From positions 1-29,362 of the IMG/VR virus record IMGVR_UViG_3300032303_001353: DNA of 29,362 nt. The stretch is one strand, 5' to 3'. The notes beneath the pieces are model-generated. The model made no database searches, was not told the origin of the DNA, and worked only from the letters and a program-made list of their open reading frames with translations. Positions 23,816 to 29,362 of the stretch are shown here, piece by piece. The number at the start of each line of letters is the position of its first letter. Position 1 is the first letter of the stretch. Origin of the DNA: a virus. Lineage: Duplodnaviria; Caudoviricetes. Made by a program: the position numbers and the translations under genes.

Positions 23816-25039
23816 TGACTGTTGCACTACGGCAAGTCGCTCGATTGCCTCGTTGACTGCTGCTTGTCGGAATTCAAGACCAGCGGCGTACTGGTCCGCG
23901 TTGAGGATTCCTTGAATTGGGGCGTCACGATAAAAATCAAGTTCTCTGATTGCAGTGTCAAGCGCCAGACGGAGCTCGTCTAAATCATCGTTGGCTTCAG
24001 CTGCAGCCGGGAGCATGTCCCCAACTCGGTCATTGAACTGTTGAACAACCCACGGTTCGATAACCCATCCGGCAATGCTCGATGGCGCAGGACACAACCC
24101 AGCCGCGTACTCACCACGACAACGATAAATCCGGTCACGTTGCCCCTTGCGAGGGCCACTGACCCTTGTCATCTTGTCCGCCTTCATAACGTGCTGACAC
24201 CCAGCGCAACGAATTAACCCAGCCAACAACGCACTAGCACCCGAACGAGGCGGCATCACCATCCGTGGCCGACTCGCACGCTCAAACAACGCCCGGTCAA
24301 CAATCGGTTCGTGAGCATTCGGGTTCTTGAACTCACCACATCGAGCCTCACCCGTATAAACGGGGTTCTTCACAAGCAAACTCACTGACCTGATCTCCCA
24401 ATGCTTGATGCCGTGCTCGTCCTCAATGCGTGCCTCGCGCAACATTGCGGCAATGTCCTTCCACTGCACGCCATCAGCTGCCATCTCAAACGCACGCCGC
24501 AAATGCTTTGCGACCTTGTGATCAACGCGCAAGATTCGATCTTCGCCCCGCGTGTACCCAAGCGGCACAAATCGACTGACGTGAATGCCACGCTCGACCG
24601 CTGCCTGTTGCGAGTTCCGCCACGTGTCTTTGATGCGATCAAGCTCAAACTCAGCGAACACGAGCATCATGCGCTGCATCATCTTTCCAGCGGGCCCGCG
24701 TGAGTCGAGTTGCTCACTGACGCTGATGAACTCTGCCCCGGCAGCATCGAGGCGCTTGAACAGCTCTAACGCCCCAAGTAGTGACCGGACAAACCTGTCC
24801 ATTTTCGCCACGATGATTCCTTCGCTCAACCCGGTTTCGCAACGGCTCATTGCAAGATCCAATCCGGGGCGCGTGGTCTTGCCACCACTGATGTCCAAGT
24901 CCGTGTGCCATGCCGTGATCGTTACGCCCGCAAGGGTTGCGTAGGCTTGGATAGCCTTGCGTTGCTGATCGGGACTGATGAAAGAATCCCCGCCTCTGCC
25001 CCTGGTCGAAGAGACGCGGATGTAACCGTCGAAGGCCAT
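23585..25039 (-). CDS. int: Large serine recombinase (integrase)
   Basis: Catalytic GYIRVSS, DISG, RPGL and KMDRFVRS; recombinase domain PLGY, NPVYTG, HEPIVD; zinc ribbon LLAGLIRCAGC...YRC...C; coiled coil. Confidence 0.95.
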   Translation of the reverse strand: MAFDGYIRVSSTRGRGGDSFISPDQQRKAIQAYATLAGVTITAWHTDLDISGGKTTRPGLDLAMSRCETGLSEGIIVAKMDRFVRSLLGALELFKRLDAAGAEFISVSEQLDSRGPAGKMMQRMMLVFAEFELDRIKDTWRNSQQAAVERGIHVSRFVPLGYTRGEDRILRVDHKVAKHLRRAFEMAADGVQWKDIAAMLREARIEDEHGIKHWEIRSVSLLVKNPVYTGEARCGEFKNPNAHEPIVDRALFERASRPRMVMPPRSGASALLAGLIRCAGCQHVMKADKMTRVSGPRKGQRDRIYRCRGEYAAGLCPAPSSIAGWVIEPWVVQQFNDRVGDMLPAAAEANDDLDELRLALDTAIRELDFYRDAPIQGILNADQYAAGLEFRQAAVNEAIERLAVVQQSSSSLTLDGTGIAWTDLDVSDQRDLLSAAFDAVFVRRGRLPIDERAVIVERGDLPATVPKRGRRVPLTSFDWPDSPN

Positions 25040-25087
25040 CCGTTGACCACAGTAACTTGTTCTGTACATACGGGGGGTTGTGACTAC

Positions 25088-25537
25088 ATGGTGCTTGATG
25101 GACAGAACACGGTTCTAGACGCTGACCTGCTTGAGGTATTGAAGCTCAGGCTCGCCCAGTTGGAGCTGCTGCCTGGGTCAATCAGTGGCAAAGACTTTGA
25201 GCGTGCCAGTGCCGGTGTCGAGCGCGGCATTCCAGTGGACATGTCCGGTCGGGCTAAGGGTGACGTGAGCGTGTTCGTGTTCCGTAAACGCATCGAGCAC
25301 GCCCGCAGCACTCGCGCCCGCCTTGAAGTCCTCAGAGACATTGAGGCCGCAATCACTGACGTCACGGTCAGTAAGCGTCGTGGCAGGCCCGAGTACGACT
25401 TGAGCGTTCAGGAGGGCCGTCGTAACGCTGGGCGTCTTGCGGTCGAGCATGGTGTCAGGTACGCCTGCCAATCCCTTCGGGTGCCTCGCTCAACGATGTA
25501 CAGGTACAAGGCCGAGTACGAGCGGAGCGTGGCGTGA
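25088..25537 (+). CDS. C-terminal HTH transcriptional regulator (candidate late-gene activator)
   Basis: GVRYACQSLRVPRSTMYRYK HTH at the C-terminus; GGGGGG upstream of ATG 25088; positioned ahead of the late genes. Confidence 0.6.
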   Translation: MVLDGQNTVLDADLLEVLKLRLAQLELLPGSISGKDFERASAGVERGIPVDMSGRAKGDVSVFVFRKRIEHARSTRARLEVLRDIEAAITDVTVSKRRGRPEYDLSVQEGRRNAGRLAVEHGVRYACQSLRVPRSTMYRYKAEYERSVA

Positions 25538-25977
25538 AGCTCGCCCTGCTGCTTGCAGTCGTGTTCGCGTTGACTGGTTCAGCTGACGCTCAGGCTCGTT
25601 CGGGGTTTGCGCCCGAGACAAGACTGGAGTTCAAGGTCAGGACAGCACCGATCAGTTGGCGTTGGGCACCAATCCTCGACGAGTACACGGGCTGCTCGTA
25701 CAACATCTCGTACGTCAATCAACTGTGGCCGCACGCACCTCACGGCACCCGCAGGCACGTCGCACTACAAGCAGCAGTTCAGGCACACATTCCACTCAGG
25801 TTGCTCTTAGGTATTTGGGGTGCTGAATCATCGTTTGGCAGGGCTGCTTCACACTTCGGGCTCACGGGCTGGTTCCCCGGCAGGGGCACATCAGGGTCTT
25901 TCAATCGTGACGCCGTGCTCGCAGCAGGCTTACTTGACCGCCTGTACAGGTCACGGTGGGGACGCAGGGCACTGTGA
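25534..25977 (+). CDS. Secreted lysozyme-like / lytic transglycosylase-like protein
   Basis: Signal peptide MKLALLLAVVFALTGSADA; AAVQAHIPLRLLLGIWGAESSFG carries the catalytic-Glu pattern, followed by HFGL. Confidence 0.65.
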   Translation: MKLALLLAVVFALTGSADAQARSGFAPETRLEFKVRTAPISWRWAPILDEYTGCSYNISYVNQLWPHAPHGTRRHVALQAAVQAHIPLRLLLGIWGAESSFGRAASHFGLTGWFPGRGTSGSFNRDAVLAAGLLDRLYRSRWGRRAL

Positions 25978-26180
25978 TTGACCCCGGCAGCAAGTGGATC
26001 AGGATGAGCGATGACTTGCAGTTCATTGACGAGATCATCACCGTCACGGCAGTGACCACTGCCCGCACAAATCAGGACATGGTGTTCGTGCAGTACGCGA
26101 TCAACGAACAACAAGCAGGAACGTTCACTGGCAAGGAAACCGCGTGGCGCAGGTCATTCCGTCCGGCACGCAGCCTATAA
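25974..26180 (+). CDS. Hypothetical protein
   Basis: GTGA overlap; IDPGSKW...W...F.P small beta-rich pattern, similar in layout to 22382-22627. Confidence 0.6.
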   Translation: MIDPGSKWIRMSDDLQFIDEIITVTAVTTARTNQDMVFVQYAINEQQAGTFTGKETAWRRSFRPARSL

Positions 26181-26187
26181 CTGTCTC

Positions 26188-26233
26188 ACTCAGTTTACGT
26201 TGGCGCAACTGCGCCAGCAGACTGAGTTTCTTC
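26188..26233 (+). terminator. Long hairpin followed by a T-rich run; putative terminator
   Basis: Outer stem ACTCAGTTT/AGACTGAGT, inner stem TGGCGC-AACT-GCGCCA, then TTCTTC. Confidence 0.55.
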
Positions 26234-26250
26234 GTTCTCGGGGAGGGCTT

Positions 26251-26478
26251 GTGACAACCACAATGGCCCGCCGTGAGCGGCTACGCCTCCAGCGCCAACA
26301 AACCACGATGTGTACGGGTTGGCCGAGCTGGTGTTGCTGCCCGAAGCACCCCAGCCTGTACGAGAGGTATGAGCGAGCCCTTGTCCTCAATGACGAGTAC
26401 GCCGCCCGACTCTTGCAGGCAGAGATCGAAGAGCAGCACGCGACACTCCCTCGGGGCAGTGGTGCGCAGCGCGTATGA
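26251..26478 (+). CDS. Hypothetical protein with Cys cluster
   Basis: GGGAGG upstream; CTGWPSWCCCPKH. Start is 26251 or 26263. Confidence 0.5.
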   Translation: MTTTMARRERLRLQRQQTTMCTGWPSWCCCPKHPSLYERYERALVLNDEYAARLLQAEIEEQHATLPRGSGAQRV

Positions 26479-26704
26479 AGCGTGCTTGGAGAGCCTAACT
26501 CAGGGCAAGCTCCCAGCTGCCATCCCAACCACAGTGGATGGCCAACCCACAGTTTTCGCTGTTGCGCACACCCTTCGCAAAGGGTCAAGCCTCACAAGTC
26601 ACTCTTACAGCACTAGCACCGGGCAACGACTTGCAGCCGCTGTTGTTGCCATCGCTGAGGCCCGCGACCTAGCAATCAAGCGCGGCCACAGTCTTACGTC
26701 CTAA
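26459..26704 (+). CDS. Hypothetical protein
   Basis: GTG start overlapping the upstream ORF; fills the gap on the coding strand. Confidence 0.45.
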   Translation: MVRSAYEACLESLTQGKLPAAIPTTVDGQPTVFAVAHTLRKGSSLTSHSYSTSTGQRLAAAVVAIAEARDLAIKRGHSLTS

Positions 26705-26808
26705 ATCAGTTTCCTCGCCTCCTGGTCGGTTGCTCGAGGAAAGCGGCCAGCGTCGCACCCTTTCCCCTGCTCGCGCTGGTCGCAGCACTCTTACTTGGAG
26801 GTCACACC

Positions 26809-27153
26809 TTGCGCTCTGAACAGTACGACCTTGAGGTGTATGAGCAGGAAAGCCTGAACGTGGCGCTCACCCTGTACACGGACGATGCTGCCACAACACT
26901 TTGGAACCTCACGGGGTACACGGCGTCACTGAGGATCATGGATTCCACTAATGGGGATGTCCTGTCAACACTTACTTCAGGGTCGGGTCTGACATTGGGT
27001 GGGTCGGCTGGCACGATCACGATTAGTCGCACGCCAGCACAAGTACAAGCACTCAATTTGACTTCCCCAGGCGCGTATGACCTCACGGTCACGTCGGGTG
27101 GCGGCACTGCCACGTTGCTTATGTACGGTTCGTTTACTGTGGTGCGTACCTGA
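26809..27153 (+). CDS. Ig-like fibre base/anchor protein (T5 p132/BppU N-terminal-like)
   Basis: YDLEVYEQES...NLTGYTASLRI...GTITIS...AYDLTV...LLMYGSFTV; RBS GGAGG; TTG start. Confidence 0.7.
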   Translation: MRSEQYDLEVYEQESLNVALTLYTDDAATTLWNLTGYTASLRIMDSTNGDVLSTLTSGSGLTLGGSAGTITISRTPAQVQALNLTSPGAYDLTVTSGGGTATLLMYGSFTVVRT

Positions 27154-28622
27154 TGGCCGTCATCAAGGTCACTGGTGGCCGTGTCAGGGTTACGGACACG
27201 ACACCGAAGGTCATCAAGATCAGCAGTGTTGGCTTGCAAGGCCCATCTGGTACGGTCATCGCCGGGTTCGGCGCGTGGAGTGCAACGAGCTTCCCGATCT
27301 ACAGCTGCGTCAGCTATCAGGGCAGCAGCTACATCAGCAACGCCGCGACGATCAGCTCGGATGTTCCCGGCTCGTCGAGCAAGTGGACACTCCTCGCCGC
27401 TAAGGGCTCAACTGGCGCGACGGGATCTCAGGGCGTGGCCGGAACTGTTGGCATCAACTGGCAAGGCACGTACTCGTCCACTGCGGCATACGCAGTAAAC
27501 GATGCCGTCCTCAACGGCTCGACGTATTACATCTGCATCTTGAACGTTGCGGCCAGCTCAAGCATTGCCATCACTAACACGACGTATTGGCGACCGCTTG
27601 ACGCAAGCCTCACTCTCAGTGACACCACGACAACTGGAACGTTTCCTCGGTCGGCTCAAATCAAACTGAACTTCACTACGAGCCTCGGGCCAACGTATGC
27701 CTCCCAACCTATTTCAGGCAACAACAAGGGGCTGGTGTTCAGCTCGACGACAATGAGCAGCAATGACCTTGACACCAGTGGCGCTCGCGTCGTTGATGTT
27801 CGGTCACTGACATCGCACTTCACAAACAAGGGTTATGCGCTCGGCAACGGTGCTGATGCCAGTCTCGGCGGCACGGGCAACAACAGTATTGGCATTGCGG
27901 CTGGTGGCATCACAAGCACCGAGATTGGCACTGGGGCAGTTGCATCAAACAAGATCAACTCCAACATTACGACTGGTTCGGCAAGCCCAGCATCCGGCAC
28001 TGCGTCCAGTTTGATTGTCAGTGCTGGCAGCACTCAATCAACGGTTGCAGTGTCCTCAACAAACACGGTCACTGACCTGTACTCAGATTTCTTCAGTGTC
28101 AGCAAAAGCAGTGACCTTGCCACTGCACCGCGTTTGCTTGCAAGCACGACGGCAAATCTTGTTTCTACAACCCAATACTCTGGCATTGCTCGATGCACCG
28201 GCAAGACCACCACGTTCTCGAACCTCAGGGCAGGCTTCACGGCAGTGCCATCCGCGTGGACAGATCTTCGTCTAGCAATCCATGACAGCACTGGCGCAGT
28301 CGTTGCCTACACCGCCTCGCTGACTACGGCAACTGGAGCGACATCCGTTGCCCTGCTCACTGGCGCTATCGCATTCAACGCTGCCGGTAGTTCAATCAGC
28401 AGCATTACCCTTACAGCGGGCACCACTTATTACCTTGCCATCCACCCAGCGTTCACATCGGGCACGCTCACAATGCGAGGCTTGGCGCTGTCAACATTGT
28501 TTACAAACGCAATTACTGGCGCACCCGCGTTGAGTAAGAGCGGCACAGCGTACGCATCAGGAGCGCCTTCCGCATTGGGCTCTAGTTACGTGGCGTTCAT
28601 TCCGTGGATTGAAGCGTACTAG
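27153..28622 (+). CDS. Virion fibre / receptor-binding protein
   Basis: Two CBM5/12-like modules (W..T.F/Y...V...G..YI...W), a collagen-like stretch GSTGATGSQGVAGTVG, GAVASNKI and a Ser/Thr-rich C-terminal beta-sandwich (LTAGTTYYLAI). Confidence 0.75.
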   Translation: MAVIKVTGGRVRVTDTTPKVIKISSVGLQGPSGTVIAGFGAWSATSFPIYSCVSYQGSSYISNAATISSDVPGSSSKWTLLAAKGSTGATGSQGVAGTVGINWQGTYSSTAAYAVNDAVLNGSTYYICILNVAASSSIAITNTTYWRPLDASLTLSDTTTTGTFPRSAQIKLNFTTSLGPTYASQPISGNNKGLVFSSTTMSSNDLDTSGARVVDVRSLTSHFTNKGYALGNGADASLGGTGNNSIGIAAGGITSTEIGTGAVASNKINSNITTGSASPASGTASSLIVSAGSTQSTVAVSSTNTVTDLYSDFFSVSKSSDLATAPRLLASTTANLVSTTQYSGIARCTGKTTTFSNLRAGFTAVPSAWTDLRLAIHDSTGAVVAYTASLTTATGATSVALLTGAIAFNAAGSSISSITLTAGTTYYLAIHPAFTSGTLTMRGLALSTLFTNAITGAPALSKSGTAYASGAPSALGSSYVAFIPWIEAY

Positions 28623-28975
28623 TGCAGCGCAGCCTGAACATCAACCCTGTCACGGGTGAGCACTGGCTGGAACTACACACGGACAACAACGAACTCGCTG
28701 CCCGAGTCAGGTGGACACCCACCACACCGGAAGCAACAAGCACAGAGTTCCTTGTCACACCCGAGCATCAAGCACAAGGCTTGGGGAAACAACTCATCAT
28801 TGAACTGCTTTCAACCCTCAAGGACGCGGGGTGCACGACGGCACGCCTCGTCAACGTGCAAGCCAGCAGCCCGTTCATCAAGTACGGCTGCACGATTGAC
28901 AACGGTGACGCCATCGTGAACCTAGACGGCCCGACACTCCCAGACCTGCAGGCAAGTGCGAACCCTCTGCCTTAG
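28622..28975 (+). CDS. GNAT-family acetyltransferase
   Basis: Acetyl-CoA motif A FLVTPEHQAQGLGKQLI, followed by A.SPFIKYG. Confidence 0.75.
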   Translation: MQRSLNINPVTGEHWLELHTDNNELAARVRWTPTTPEATSTEFLVTPEHQAQGLGKQLIIELLSTLKDAGCTTARLVNVQASSPFIKYGCTIDNGDAIVNLDGPTLPDLQASANPLP

Positions 28976-29303
28976 CTGCGGGACACTGATCCCGGCGGGA
29001 CGAAGCCGCTGCCAACCCTGCAAGACAAACAAAGCACGACCATACGAACAAGCCAGGGCACAGCAAGCGCACAGAACCAACAGGCCCTACGCCACGGCGG
29101 GTTGGCGGCAAGCAAGAAAGATCGCGCTCGATCGTGCCGGTCACGCGTGCGTTGAGTGCGGAACCAGCACGGACCTTGTCGTGCATCACATCGTGAGCGT
29201 CACAAACGGTGGCAGCTTGACCGATCAAACAAACCTAATGGTTGTCTGTCGCGTGCATCATCAACGTCTTGAGGCGCAGCACAAAGGCGAGCAGGGTTAC
29301 TGA
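28956..29303 (+). CDS. HNH endonuclease, HK97 gp74-like terminase accessory
   Basis: N-terminal CLSC..CQPC; Y....W...R...L.R..HACVECG...VHHIV...GG....NL...CRVHH; immediately before the presumed cos/terS. Confidence 0.85.
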   Translation: MRTLCLSCGTLIPAGRSRCQPCKTNKARPYEQARAQQAHRTNRPYATAGWRQARKIALDRAGHACVECGTSTDLVVHHIVSVTNGGSLTDQTNLMVVCRVHHQRLEAQHKGEQGY

Positions 29304-29362
29304 GCTTGGCTCTTGGCCGCAAATATTTTCGCCGCGATTTTTTCTGAACGGCGGTTGAGGAC

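Noticed and set aside
24905-25087. N-terminal extensions of the HTH regulator (from 24905) and of the integrase (from 25069)
   Set aside because: The first overlaps the integrase catalytic region; the second precedes the canonical M-x-x-x-GYIRVS start.
1-29362. tRNA, rRNA, IS transposase, DNA polymerase, primase or helicase genes
   Set aside because: I recognised no cloverleaf or diagnostic protein motifs by eye; tRNAscan-SE and HMM searches would be needed to exclude them formally.
29304-29362. Exact cos overhang sequence
   Set aside because: The position fits a cos region, but the cut site cannot be determined from sequence alone.

Overview
The window looks like a complete or nearly complete genome (about 29.4 kb) of a small, temperate, HK97-like siphophage. 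It runs from the terminase genes at the left end to an HK97 gp74-like HNH gene at the right end. The host is probably actinobacterial; a phage-encoded mIHF homologue points tentatively to Thermoleophilia. Gene order: terS-terL-portal-protease-major capsid-neck-tail tube-chaperone (-1 frameshift)-short tape measure-Dit-Tal; lysis (membrane protein, PG-binding/CHAP endolysin, holin); a metallophosphoesterase plus MazG-like pair; an XRE repressor on the minus strand with no obvious Cro; an early recombination/replication operon (Rad52-like annealase, Hjc-like resolvase, initiator with five 11-bp iterons, ParB-methyltransferase plus nuclease-like gene, helicase loader, mIHF, SSB, two HNHs); a large serine integrase on the minus strand 7.4 kb from the repressor; an HTH regulator and a secreted lysozyme-like protein; and a displaced Ig-base plus fibre module followed by a GNAT acetyltransferase. 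The most notable observations are: (1) an HNH gene bracketed by a perfect 27-bp direct repeat that duplicates the start of the next gene; (2) both minus-strand lysogeny genes are overlapped at their 3' ends by convergent plus-strand ORFs, a candidate RDF and a hairpin-occluded ORF; (3) phage mIHF alongside an IHF-independent integrase; (4) a shared operator-like motif in four intergenic regions; (5) the ParB-MTase/nuclease and phosphoesterase/MazG-like cassettes. All calls come from manual motif recognition; no searches were run.
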